This document shows positions 1 through 9,864 of a stretch of 64,000 nucleotides of DNA, piece by piece. Below the pieces are notes generated by a model, which had not been told where the DNA came from, made no database searches, and saw only the letters and a list, made by a program, of their open reading frames with translations. Source of the DNA: an uncultured SAR86 cluster bacterium (lineage in GTDB: Bacteria > Pseudomonadota > Gammaproteobacteria > Magnimaribacterales > D2472); the NCBI GenBank assembly GCA_902557575.1, contig CACEAR010000001.1:262685-326684 (forward strand), in the 5' to 3' direction. The translations under genes and the position numbers were made by a program. The stretch's first letter is position 1. Each line of letters begins with the position of its first letter.

Positions 1-220
1 CCGCTAATCTTCTTTCATCATCAGAACCTTCTAGAAACCAAATAAGCTCAGAAACAACACCCTTCCAGGCAAGTTTTTTTGTGGTTACAGCAGGGAATCC
101 ATCCCTTAAATCAAATTTAAGTTGATGCCCAAACGAAGAAATAGTTCCAACATTAGTTCTGTCTTCACGCTTTTCTCCATTTTCTAAAATGTGAGATAGA
201 AGATTAAGATATGATTTCAT
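1..220 (-). CDS. thyA: thymidylate synthase, N-terminal ~73 codons (gene runs off the left edge)
   Basis: Not in the ORF track. Hand translation of the minus strand from ATG 220-218 gives [65 protein letters not shown], the canonical ThyA N-terminus. The start overlaps the lgt stop by 17 nt. lgt-thyA adjacency is classical. Confidence 0.85.
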   Translation of the reverse strand, partial: MKSYLNLLSHILENGEKREDRTNVGTISSFGHQLKFDLRDGFPAVTTKKLAWKGVVSELIWFLEGSDDERRLA

Positions 221-1013
221 TTTTATTTTTAAAAGTAACTATGAATATTAAACCAATAAGGATCATAGGAATACATAAAAGTTGACCCATTGTAAGAAAA
301 TCAGAAAAAATAAAACCAAGGTGTGAATCTGGTTGCCTAAAATTTTCTATTACAAATCTTATACTTCCATAAAAAAATAGAAAAGATCCAGCAACTAGCC
401 CTCTTTTTTTTGTGTATTTATTTACAATCATTAATAGGATAAATAGCAAAGGGCCTTCACCAAGAGATTCATACAGTTGAGAAGGATGTCTTGTAAGACC
501 AAATGGATCAGTTGGGAAAATGAAGCCCCAACTTCCATCTGTAGCTCTTCCATAAAGCTCACCATTTAAAAAGTTGCCAATCCTAACTAGGCATAGACCT
601 ATAGGCATACTTAAGGCAGCGGAGTCTAGAAGTCTTATAAAGTTAATCCTATTTTGTTTTGAAAAAATAAACATCGAGATGATTACACCAATTAATCCTC
701 CATGGAAGGAAAGACCACCCTCCCAAATATAGAAAAGCTTGAGAGGATTATTTATAAGCTGATCAAATCCATAAAAAAGCATATAGCCAATTCTTCCACC
801 AATCATTGCTCCAAATATTAATCCATATAAAAAGACGAGATCATTTGCCTTTTCCTTAGAAATACCAATTTCTCTTGTGATTGAGTTATTTGCAAGATGG
901 AGATAAATAAATATAGCTGAAAGTATCCATGTAACTGCATAGTACTGAATAGATATACTCCCAATCGAGACCAGGCTTGGGTTGTTAAAAAAATCTGATA
1001 ATTCAATAATCAT
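204..1013 (-). CDS. lgt: prolipoprotein diacylglyceryl transferase
   Basis: 269 aa polytopic membrane protein with Lgt-type motifs ([37 protein letters not shown]). Lies upstream of thyA. Confidence 0.9.
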   Translation of the reverse strand: MIIELSDFFNNPSLVSIGSISIQYYAVTWILSAIFIYLHLANNSITREIGISKEKANDLVFLYGLIFGAMIGGRIGYMLFYGFDQLINNPLKLFYIWEGGLSFHGGLIGVIISMFIFSKQNRINFIRLLDSAALSMPIGLCLVRIGNFLNGELYGRATDGSWGFIFPTDPFGLTRHPSQLYESLGEGPLLFILLMIVNKYTKKRGLVAGSFLFFYGSIRFVIENFRQPDSHLGFIFSDFLTMGQLLCIPMILIGLIFIVTFKNKNEIIS

Positions 1014-1792
1014 ATAAAAAGCATATAGTAGCTTACTAAGAGAATAAAAATACCAAAAAGAGCTTTTAATAATCTTTCACTTATCTTGTGAGCTAGATAA
1101 ACGCCAGCTTGAGCGCTAAATAGACTACCTAAAGAAATCCCTACTAAAGCAGGCCAGTAAATTAAACCAATAGATTTCTCCAATGTTTGATCTTCCCCAA
1201 GTCCAGTTAAAACAAAACCAAGAGATGCAAAAAAAGAAATTATTACTCCGCATGCCGATGCTGTTCCCACACTATTAACCATTTTTAGACCAGCATAATT
1301 TAAGTATGGAACAGTGAAACTCCCACCGCCAATTCCTAGTATTGATGATGCAGCTCCAGTACCTGTACCATAAAGGATAGTGCTAAAAGAAGGCTTAAGA
1401 TCTTTTGATGACATATTAACGTTTAAAAGTATTTGAAGTGCAATAAGAAGGTATGAGACACCTATAATTACTTTTAAAGTCGAGGCTTCTATAGATATTG
1501 ATAATACTGAGCCAAAATAAGAACCAAGAGCAATACCAATGGAAAGTTTGCGCCAAAAGCTCCAATCAACACTCCCTTTTTGATTGTGAGCAAATGCAGA
1601 TGCAAATGCAGTAAAGAATATAGTTCCAAGCGATGTTGCAACACAAATGTGTATTAGTAGATCAGACTCATATCCAAGATAAGTAAGAACAAATAGTAAT
1701 GCTGGAACAATAATTACACCGCCACCAATTCCAAATAACCCGCCAAGGACACCCACAAATAAACCGAGAATAATATAGATAGGTATTTCCAT
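1010..1792 (-). CDS. TSUP/TauE-SafE family anion exporter-like membrane protein (DUF81)
   Basis: 260 aa with two repeats carrying the GxGGG motif (LGGLFGIGGGVIIVP, ILGIGGGSFTVP). Overlaps lgt by 4 nt. Confidence 0.8.
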   Translation of the reverse strand: MEIPIYIILGLFVGVLGGLFGIGGGVIIVPALLFVLTYLGYESDLLIHICVATSLGTIFFTAFASAFAHNQKGSVDWSFWRKLSIGIALGSYFGSVLSISIEASTLKVIIGVSYLLIALQILLNVNMSSKDLKPSFSTILYGTGTGAASSILGIGGGSFTVPYLNYAGLKMVNSVGTASACGVIISFFASLGFVLTGLGEDQTLEKSIGLIYWPALVGISLGSLFSAQAGVYLAHKISERLLKALFGIFILLVSYYMLFI

Positions 1793-2280
1793 TATTTACT
1801 AAACTCCAACTTATATGCTGGCTCAAGCTCAGTTAAGACTTTTTCATAAATTTCCCTTTTGAATTCAACTATTTCATCAAGAGGTTTCCAATAATCAACC
1901 CAATTGAATTCGTCAAACTCAGGGTTATTTTCATTATTTAAATCAATCTTAGTTTCTTCAATCAACTTAAACAAAAACCATTTTTGCTTTTGGCCTTTAA
2001 AACTTTCCCATAGAAAACTATTTCTTTTATATTTTTTGGGAAGATCATACTTATACCAATTATCAGATTCTTTAATTAATTTTATTTTGTTTTCTTCAAT
2101 ACCAACTTCTTCATATAATTCTCTTAGCGCAGCATCAAAAATATCCTCATTTTTATCTATACCACCTTGAGGAAATTGCCAGTTGGTGGAATTTTTTCTT
2201 TTGCAGTACAACAATTTACCATCTGAATTGGCTACAATAATACCAACATTTAAACGATAACCTTTTTCTTTAATATCCAT
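1792..2280 (-). CDS. rppH: RNA pyrophosphohydrolase (Nudix)
   Basis: The N-terminus GYRLNVGIIVANSDGKLL and the Nudix box GGIDKNEDIFDAALRELYEEVGI match RppH/NudH. Confidence 0.85.
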   Translation of the reverse strand: MDIKEKGYRLNVGIIVANSDGKLLYCKRKNSTNWQFPQGGIDKNEDIFDAALRELYEEVGIEENKIKLIKESDNWYKYDLPKKYKRNSFLWESFKGQKQKWFLFKLIEETKIDLNNENNPEFDEFNWVDYWKPLDEIVEFKREIYEKVLTELEPAYKLEFSK

Positions 2281-2950
2281 GACTGTTAATAAAAAATTAG
2301 CAATTTTTGATTTAGATCATACCATTCTTAAATGCAACTCGGATCATTCCTGGCTGGATTATCTTATAAATAAAGGATTTGTAAAAAGAGAAGAATATTT
2401 TGAACAAAATGCTGAATTTCAGAAGAAATTTAGAGAAGGTGATGTTAATTATAAAGACTATTATGAATTTACTATTCAATACCTTAAAGACAATAGTGAT
2501 GACTATATTTCTGAAATTAGATCAGATTTTATGAAGGAAATTATTGAACCTTCAATTAATATTTATGCTTTAAGGTTAATTCATAAGCATTACGAAAAAG
2601 ATGAAGAGCTACTTCTTGCTTCAGGAACAACCTCAATAATTGCTGACCCAATTGCCAAAAGATTAGAATTTAAAAATGTTGTTTGTACAACATGTGAAAA
2701 AGAAAACAATATTTATACCGGAAGAATTGAAGATCCTCCATCGCTAGGAGAGGGGAAGTTAAAAAATGTGCAGGCATGGATGAAAAATAATGGGTTCTCA
2801 GATTTTAATGGCACAACCTTTTATTCTGACTCAATCTTAGATATGCCTCTCTTGCAGAAAGTAGAAAAACCGGTGGCAGTTAACCCAGATAATGATTTAT
2901 TTAGAGTATCTAAAGACCGTGGTTGGGAAATTATAGATTTACCTATCTAA
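2279..2950 (+). CDS. HAD-superfamily subfamily IB hydrolase (SerB-like phosphatase family)
   Basis: DxDxT motif (AIFDLDHTIL) near the N-terminus. SGT and C-terminal YSDS(x)D motifs are typical of HAD-IB. Confidence 0.75.
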   Translation: MTVNKKLAIFDLDHTILKCNSDHSWLDYLINKGFVKREEYFEQNAEFQKKFREGDVNYKDYYEFTIQYLKDNSDDYISEIRSDFMKEIIEPSINIYALRLIHKHYEKDEELLLASGTTSIIADPIAKRLEFKNVVCTTCEKENNIYTGRIEDPPSLGEGKLKNVQAWMKNNGFSDFNGTTFYSDSILDMPLLQKVEKPVAVNPDNDLFRVSKDRGWEIIDLPI

Positions 2951-5766
2951 AACTCGTCCATATCTGGACAGGTACAAAATAGGTTTTTATCACCGTAAAC
3001 GTTATCTATCCTCTTTACAGGCGGCCAATACTTTCTTGCTTTTAAGTAATCCAGTGGATATGCAGCTTTTTCTCTAGAATAATTATGTTCCCAATTATCA
3101 CTGCTAAGCTCTTCTACAGTGTGAGGCGAATTTTTTAGAATATTATTTTTAGAATCCTCATTGCCCTTTTCAATTTCCTCTATTTCTTTCCTAATAGAAA
3201 TCATAGCATCACAGAATATATCTAATTCTTCTCTCGACTCACTTTCAGTAGGCTCAATCATAAGAGTACCTGCAACTGGCCAGGACATAGTAGGAGCATG
3301 AAAACCGTAATCCATAAGCCTTTTAGCTATATCATCAACATCAATATTTGAGGACTCTTTGAAAGGTCTTGCATCTATTATGCATTCGTGAGCAATTAGG
3401 TTGTTCTCACCCTTATAAAGTATTTGATAGTGATCGCTTAGGCGCTTTGCAACATAATTCGCGCTTAAAATGGCAGTCATCGTAGCTTGTTTTAAACCCT
3501 TTGATCCCATCATTACAATATACATCCAACTAATTGGTAGAATGCTGGCACTTCCAAAATCTGTTGAGGATACAGGACCTACATTTTGAATATTTTCATG
3601 ATGTGAAGGCATAAAATCTTTAAGTTTTTCTACAACTCCTATCGGGCCGACTCCAGGTCCACCTCCACCATGAGGAATGCAGAATGTTTTATGCAGGTTG
3701 AGATGAGAAACATCACCACCAAACTCACCGGGTTTTGCAATACCAACAAGAGCATTCAAGTTAGCTCCATCAATGTAAACTAACCCTCCATGGTCATGAA
3801 CAATTTTACAAACTTCTCTCACATTACTTTCAAAGACTCCATGAGTGGAAGGATATGTGATCATAATTGCTGATAAATTGCTTTTGTGAAGAGATGACTT
3901 TTCTTTTAAGTCCTTAAGATCAATATTCCCTTCCGAATCACATTCAACAGGGACAACTTTCATTCCAACCATCATTGCTGAGGCAGGATTAGTACCATGA
4001 GCTGACCTAGGAATAAGACAGATTGACCTATTGTCATCACCATTATTCTTATGATATGCATCAATTGCTAGGAGACCTGCATACTCACCTTGAGAACCAG
4101 CATTTGGTTGAAGTGAAATATCATAATACCCTGTAATACCTGATAACATTTCTCTTAAGTCCTTAATAAGAACTTGATAACCTTTTGTTTGATCGGTCGG
4201 ACAATATGGATGCATATTTGCAAATTCTGGCCAGCTTACTGGCGCCATTTCCGAAGCTGAGTTTAATTTCATTGTACAAGAGCCAAGTGGAATCATTGAT
4301 CTATCGAGCGCGATATCCTTATCAGATAGTCTTTTAATATATCTCATCATCTCTGTTTCGGAATGATATTTATTAAAACGCTCCTGTTTCATAAAATCAG
4401 AGGATCTAACTATTTCTTTATTAAGACTAGCTTCACCATCTTCGGAATCATTTAATATAGGCTTTCCTGAGAGCGCAAAGACTAGATCAGCAATATCTTC
4501 AGAGGTTGTGGCTTCATCTATTGAGACACTAACTAAATTATTATCAAACCAATTAATATTTATTTTTGCATCGAGTAGACGAGTTTTTATCTCCGAAATG
4601 TCTCCTTTTAAGCGAATAGAAAGAGTATCAAAAAAGTTATTATTTAGAATTTCATGATCGCCAGACTTAAGAGCGCTAAAAAGTTTACGAGTTTTTTTAT
4701 GGACATCATTAGCAATTCCTATCAGGCCATTTGGACCATGATAAATAGCAAAAAAGCCAGCCATCACAGCAAGTAGCGCTTGAGAAGTACAAATATTGCT
4801 AGTGGCTTTTTCTCGCCTTATGTGCTGTTCTCTTGTTTGAAGTGCAAGCCTGTAGGATAGATTTCCGCTAGCATCTTTAGATGCCCCTATAATTCTTCCA
4901 GGCATCGACCTTTGAAAACTCTCATGTGTAGCCATAAATGCAGCATGTGGCCCTCCAAATCCCATTGGGACTCCAAACCTTTGGGATGAGCCTATAACAA
5001 TATCAGCACCAATTTCCCCTGGAGGTCTCAAAAGAGTCAAGGCAAGAAGATCAGTAGCACAAACAAGCAAGGACTTATTCTTTTTGCAGTAATCTGATAG
5101 CCTTGAAAAATCTTCTATTTCTCCAAATTTATTTGGATATTGTATTAACATTCCAAAAAAATCTTTTTCATTAAAATCTTGAGGATCTCCAACCTCAAGC
5201 TCAATACCAAATGGTTTAGCTCTTGTTTTAAGAACAGAAATAGTCTGCCCGAAACAGTTCTTATCAACAAAAAAATAATTAGATTTATTTTTCGATACTC
5301 TTTTTGCTAGCATCATAGCTTCAGCTGCGGCTGTAGCCTCATCAAGAAGAGATGCATTAGCTATTTCCATTGAGGTTAACTCACAGATAGTTGTTTGGAA
5401 ATTTATTAGTGCCTCTAATCTTCCTTGAGAAATCTCAGCTTGATATGGAGTATATGAGGTATACCATCCAGGATTTTCAAATACATTTCTTTTAATGACC
5501 TTAGGAGTAACGGTTCCATAGTAACCCTGCCCAATATAAGATCTAAAGACTTTGTTTTGCTTAGCAACCTTATCAAGCTTTTTCAGAGCCGCCATCTCTG
5601 ACAATCCATCTCCAAGATCTAAATAATCATCCTCTAATATACTTTCAGGCACAACATCCTCAATAAATGCATGCATATCTTTGTAACCAAGAAAATCTAG
5701 CATATCTTTTTGGTCATCAGCACCAATACCAATATGCCTATCAACGAAAGATTTAATTTGATTCAT
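2947..5766 (-). CDS. gcvP: glycine dehydrogenase (decarboxylating), glycine cleavage P protein
   Basis: 939 aa single-chain P protein with conserved blocks (YTPYQAEISQGRLEAL, HLNLHKTFCIPHGGGGPG). Forms a gcvT-H-P operon. Confidence 0.95.
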   Translation of the reverse strand: MNQIKSFVDRHIGIGADDQKDMLDFLGYKDMHAFIEDVVPESILEDDYLDLGDGLSEMAALKKLDKVAKQNKVFRSYIGQGYYGTVTPKVIKRNVFENPGWYTSYTPYQAEISQGRLEALINFQTTICELTSMEIANASLLDEATAAAEAMMLAKRVSKNKSNYFFVDKNCFGQTISVLKTRAKPFGIELEVGDPQDFNEKDFFGMLIQYPNKFGEIEDFSRLSDYCKKNKSLLVCATDLLALTLLRPPGEIGADIVIGSSQRFGVPMGFGGPHAAFMATHESFQRSMPGRIIGASKDASGNLSYRLALQTREQHIRREKATSNICTSQALLAVMAGFFAIYHGPNGLIGIANDVHKKTRKLFSALKSGDHEILNNNFFDTLSIRLKGDISEIKTRLLDAKININWFDNNLVSVSIDEATTSEDIADLVFALSGKPILNDSEDGEASLNKEIVRSSDFMKQERFNKYHSETEMMRYIKRLSDKDIALDRSMIPLGSCTMKLNSASEMAPVSWPEFANMHPYCPTDQTKGYQVLIKDLREMLSGITGYYDISLQPNAGSQGEYAGLLAIDAYHKNNGDDNRSICLIPRSAHGTNPASAMMVGMKVVPVECDSEGNIDLKDLKEKSSLHKSNLSAIMITYPSTHGVFESNVREVCKIVHDHGGLVYIDGANLNALVGIAKPGEFGGDVSHLNLHKTFCIPHGGGGPGVGPIGVVEKLKDFMPSHHENIQNVGPVSSTDFGSASILPISWMYIVMMGSKGLKQATMTAILSANYVAKRLSDHYQILYKGENNLIAHECIIDARPFKESSNIDVDDIAKRLMDYGFHAPTMSWPVAGTLMIEPTESESREELDIFCDAMISIRKEIEEIEKGNEDSKNNILKNSPHTVEELSSDNWEHNYSREKAAYPLDYLKARKYWPPVKRIDNVYGDKNLFCTCPDMDEF

Positions 5767-5777
5767 TTTTGATTTAA

Positions 5778-6173
5778 TTAACTATTACCATCAAGCATGG
5801 ATGAATATTCTTTAGCTGTCATAAGACTATCTATGCTTCCAAGATTTTCATCACTAACTCTTAATTTGAAGAACCAACCATCCTCATAAGGAGAGGTATT
5901 TACAAGCTCAGGGCTTTCTTCAAGAGCTTCATTTACTTCAATAACTTCACCAGACAAGGGAGTATACACTTCAGATGCAGCTTTTACAGATTCTACTACA
6001 GCTGCTTCATCGCCTGAGACGAACTCATCTCCAATTGCTGGTAATTCAACAAAGACAACCTCTCCAAGCTCATTCTGAGCATGATCACTGATACCAACTA
6101 TAACAGTATTATCATCCACTTTTACCCATTCATGCGAATCCAGAAATTTAAGATCACTTGGAGTTTCATTCAT
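5778..6173 (-). CDS. gcvH: glycine cleavage system H protein
   Basis: 131 aa with the lipoyl-lysine motif ESVKAASEVY, lying between gcvT and gcvP. Confidence 0.95.
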   Translation of the reverse strand: MNETPSDLKFLDSHEWVKVDDNTVIVGISDHAQNELGEVVFVELPAIGDEFVSGDEAAVVESVKAASEVYTPLSGEVIEVNEALEESPELVNTSPYEDGWFFKLRVSDENLGSIDSLMTAKEYSSMLDGNS

Positions 6174-7237
6174 ATCATAATTTTACCTTTTCTTATAAAA
6201 GGTAGCGATAATATTTTTACATTTAGAAGCTTATTTCTTATCAGCACATTTGCATTTTCATTGATATCCATCGGTATCCTAGCTAAGCCAATGCTTTTCT
6301 TCATATACGGCGAAAAAGTACCACTTGTAACTTCTCCCTCAAAATCATCTTTGATAATCTTTTGACCACTTCTCAGAATTCCTTTTTCATTAAGTAAAAC
6401 ACCAACAAGCTTAATCTTGTTGGTATTTTTAATTTCAAGAAGCTTTTCTTTAGCTATAAAATCTCTTTCGATATCACTAAAATCGACAACCCAACCTAAA
6501 TTAGACTCAAAGGGATTATTCTTTATGGTCATGTCTGTGCCATTGAGATTCATCCCAGCTTCAACTCTCAAAGTATCTCTTGCACCCAAACCAATTGGAG
6601 GAATGCTCCTAGAAATACATAAATCCCAAATGTTTTGTAATTCTTCAGGCTCACCAATAACCTCAAAACCATCTTCCCCTGTATAACCAGTCCTTGAAAC
6701 GAAAAGTTTATTCCTTTCAGTAAATGAAAAACTTTTATAGTTTGAAAGCTCTAGTTTAAGGATATTTTTAAGAGCAATCTCAGATTCTGGTCCTTGTATA
6801 GCTAGAATGCCTAAACTTGGTTTATGACGGAACTCACAATCAAATTTGATAATATTTGATTCAAAGAAGTTATTTACATCATCAAAAGTAGAACAGTTTG
6901 ATACGACTCTGAATTTTTCATTGTTAAATTTATAAACGATTAGATCATCTATTATCCCGCCTTCATTATTCGTTATTACACTATAAAGTGCAGAACCATC
7001 GTCAATTTTATTCACATCATTTGTTAACACATGTCTCATAAATTCTTTCGCTTCCACACCATAGAAATCAAAGATATTCATATGAGAAACATCAAAAATA
7101 CCAGCACTATTTCTTACAGAATTATGTTCATTAATCTGAGAGCCATAATGTATGGGCATTTCCCATCCTGAGAAATTAACAAATTTTGATCCCAAGCCCA
7201 GATGAGATTCATATAGAAAGGTTCTATTCATTATCAA
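6170..7237 (-). CDS. gcvT: aminomethyltransferase, glycine cleavage T protein
   Basis: 355 aa with GcvT blocks (GWEMPIHYGS, FDVSHM, RTGYTGEDGFE, ARDTLRVEAG). Confidence 0.95.
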   Translation of the reverse strand: MIMNRTFLYESHLGLGSKFVNFSGWEMPIHYGSQINEHNSVRNSAGIFDVSHMNIFDFYGVEAKEFMRHVLTNDVNKIDDGSALYSVITNNEGGIIDDLIVYKFNNEKFRVVSNCSTFDDVNNFFESNIIKFDCEFRHKPSLGILAIQGPESEIALKNILKLELSNYKSFSFTERNKLFVSRTGYTGEDGFEVIGEPEELQNIWDLCISRSIPPIGLGARDTLRVEAGMNLNGTDMTIKNNPFESNLGWVVDFSDIERDFIAKEKLLEIKNTNKIKLVGVLLNEKGILRSGQKIIKDDFEGEVTSGTFSPYMKKSIGLARIPMDINENANVLIRNKLLNVKILSLPFIRKGKIMI

Positions 7238-8726
7238 CTCTATTATTTAATATCAATACAAGAATTAAACTTAAAAGAATCATGGCTATGCTGGGAGTTG
7301 CAGCTAATTCCCATTGACCCTCTGAGGTAAAATTATAAATCTTTGATGACAAGGTATCGAAACCTACCGGCCTCAACAATAGTGTTGCAGGCTGCTCTTT
7401 AATCACTTCTATAAAAACAACTAAAAAGCCTAACAACAGAGATGGATATAAAGCTGGAAAATATATATTCCTAAAAGTTTTCAATAAGCTTTTCGAATAG
7501 ATCCTTGTTGCAGAAAGGGTCTCTTCGGCCATACTCGAAAGGGCAGCATCCAAATAACGTATTAAAGGAGTTATAAATCTTATTACCAAACATAAAAATA
7601 ATCCCCATATGCCGAATACTGTTACTGATAAATCAAAGTAAAAGCTAAAGACTAATAATATAGAAACTGCAAGAACAGAGCCTGGGATTGCATAACCTAT
7701 TGTCGATAGATTAAAAATAATTTTATTTGAGCTTTTGAAGCTCCCCAGTGAAAGAATTATTGCAATAACTGAAGCAGCTAATGCAACTATAAAACCTATG
7801 AAGAAAGAATTAAAAATTAGCTCTAATGGAATATTATTTTTGATATTTTCTGAAGACCAAACTATAAGTTGTATAAATGGAAAGATGAAGGTTATTACAA
7901 AAACAAATGAACAAAATAGGGCAATTGAGAAATTAAATATTTTACTAGGCTTAATTAAACTATGATTTGCTTTCCCAGCACCTGATGACTTCCTACTTTC
8001 AGAGCTTAGTTTACTGATATACAAAATAATCATTGCTAATAAGAAAAGCATAAGAGATATTTTTGCTCCAGATATTAAGTCTTGATAACCAAACCAAATA
8101 TTAAAGATGCCAACAGTTAGAGTATTAATACCAAGTGTTGCAACGCCTCCAAAATCAGAGATAGTTTCAAAGATGCATAGAACTGTTCCAGCTATTATCG
8201 CAGGCTTCAGAGACGGGAGAAGAATAAGATAAATTGTTTGGAAGTTATTTTTTCCTAGAGACTTTGATGCTTTGAATATAGATACTCCAGTTTTTCTTAA
8301 CTGCGCCTTACATAGAAGGAACGTATAAGGATATAAACCGAGAGACATTATTAAAGCAGACAACACGATATTTTCTCTAATAGAGCTAGAAATGAAGCTG
8401 ATTTCTTCAGCAGCCCCAACAAAAATAAAAGCATACACATAGATAGGAAATGCTAGGGACAAACATAAAGCCCATGAAAAAAACTTTCTCCCATAAAAAT
8501 CGAACATTGTCACAAAGATTGAGCAAGGAACAGCTATCAGAGAAGTGAATATTGCAACCAGCATGCATAACAATAAGGTGTTAGACGTCATCTTAATTAT
8601 CAAAGATGTTGTTACATATTCATTGAGTGGCTGAGTGAAGCCTAAAAAAATAAAGGTAAGAAATATTATTGATATAAATATCAGCCAAGGATATGACAGA
8701 ATTTTTAATAATCTTAGATGCTGCAC
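7224..8726 (-). CDS. ABC transporter permease, two fused permease domains (Fe3+/thiamine FbpB-ThiP type)
   Basis: 500 aa with about 12 predicted TM segments and two EAA-like loops (ASKSLGKNNFQTIYLILLPSLKP, ATRIYSKSLLKTFRNIYFPALYP). The ending PATLLLRPVGFDTL is typical of FbpB-type permeases. Confidence 0.7.
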   Translation of the reverse strand: MQHLRLLKILSYPWLIFISIIFLTFIFLGFTQPLNEYVTTSLIIKMTSNTLLLCMLVAIFTSLIAVPCSIFVTMFDFYGRKFFSWALCLSLAFPIYVYAFIFVGAAEEISFISSSIRENIVLSALIMSLGLYPYTFLLCKAQLRKTGVSIFKASKSLGKNNFQTIYLILLPSLKPAIIAGTVLCIFETISDFGGVATLGINTLTVGIFNIWFGYQDLISGAKISLMLFLLAMIILYISKLSSESRKSSGAGKANHSLIKPSKIFNFSIALFCSFVFVITFIFPFIQLIVWSSENIKNNIPLELIFNSFFIGFIVALAASVIAIILSLGSFKSSNKIIFNLSTIGYAIPGSVLAVSILLVFSFYFDLSVTVFGIWGLFLCLVIRFITPLIRYLDAALSSMAEETLSATRIYSKSLLKTFRNIYFPALYPSLLLGFLVVFIEVIKEQPATLLLRPVGFDTLSSKIYNFTSEGQWELAATPSIAMILLSLILVLILNNRVDNE

Positions 8727-8731
8727 TATAT

Positions 8732-9829
8732 TTATTTGTTATCTGAGTCTGCTAGAACTTTTTTTGATCTGGCTCCCATTTCTTGTAACTCTTTTGCTTG
8801 ATTTGTTAGATTTCCCTTACCGGTGCTTAACTTCTTTTCTGCTTCATTTATCGCATCTTGAGTAGCATTGAAGCTACTTTTTACCTTTTCAAAGTCTGTT
8901 TTAAGGCCAACAAGCTTATCAATCATTAGGCCAGCTCTTAGAGCAATTTTTTCGGCATCTTTACTCAATCTATCTTGTCGCCATAAACTTTCAGCGACTC
9001 TAAGGATTGCTATCAAGTTAGTTGGTGTTACAAATCCCATTTTACTTTGCATGGCGGTTTTCTGAAGGTCCCAATCATTCATAAGCGCAAGAGACAAAGC
9101 TGATTCAATTGGGATAAACATTAAAATATAGTCAGCTGATCCAAGCTCTTCAATACTTTTATAAGACTTAGATGAAAGTTGTTTTATATGAGTCTTTAGG
9201 GAGCTTAGATGTTCTTTTAGATGTTTTTCTTTTTCAGACTCATCTTCAGTATCAACATACCTTAAGTATGCTGTAAGAGAGGCTTTTGAGTCGATAATGA
9301 TACTTCTATTATCTGGCATAAAGACAACAGCATCCGGTTGAACAGTAGATCCATCGCTGGCAGTAAATTTTTTTTGGAGCACATAGTCTTTATCTTTCCT
9401 CAATCCAGATTCCTCAAGTGTTTTTTCTAAAACTTGTTCTCCCCAGGCACCTTGAGTTTGGACATTTCCACTCAAAGCTAAAGCTAAGTCTCTTGCTTCT
9501 TTGCCGATATTATCAGTTTGCTCAATTATTTTTGATACGTGATCTTTAAAACTTTCTTTTGATGCAGCCTGTTCTTCTTTTAAGCCAACAATTTCTTCAT
9601 TTAGATTTCGTAGTTGTTCTTTAAAGGGCTTAAGCGTTAAATCGATTTTCTCTAAATTATGCTTTGAAGAGCTTTCATTCTTTTCCTGAACTACCTTGGA
9701 AATTATTTCCTCAATATTTGAGTTATAATTTTTGCTCATCCTATAAACAAACCAAAGCACAATTCCAACTAAAGGGATCGCTAACAGAAGCTCTAAGAAA
9801 ATTAAATTTATATTTTCATTCATATGCAT
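8732..9829 (-). CDS. rmuC: DNA recombination protein RmuC
   Basis: N-terminal TM segment, long coiled coil, and a C-terminal RmuC nuclease-like block (PDAVVFMPDNRSIIIDSKASLTAY, ILMFIP). Confidence 0.85.
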   Translation of the reverse strand: MHMNENINLIFLELLLAIPLVGIVLWFVYRMSKNYNSNIEEIISKVVQEKNESSSKHNLEKIDLTLKPFKEQLRNLNEEIVGLKEEQAASKESFKDHVSKIIEQTDNIGKEARDLALALSGNVQTQGAWGEQVLEKTLEESGLRKDKDYVLQKKFTASDGSTVQPDAVVFMPDNRSIIIDSKASLTAYLRYVDTEDESEKEKHLKEHLSSLKTHIKQLSSKSYKSIEELGSADYILMFIPIESALSLALMNDWDLQKTAMQSKMGFVTPTNLIAILRVAESLWRQDRLSKDAEKIALRAGLMIDKLVGLKTDFEKVKSSFNATQDAINEAEKKLSTGKGNLTNQAKELQEMGARSKKVLADSDNK

Positions 9830-9864
9830 TATTATTTCATTAAATTGATAACACTCATAATGTG

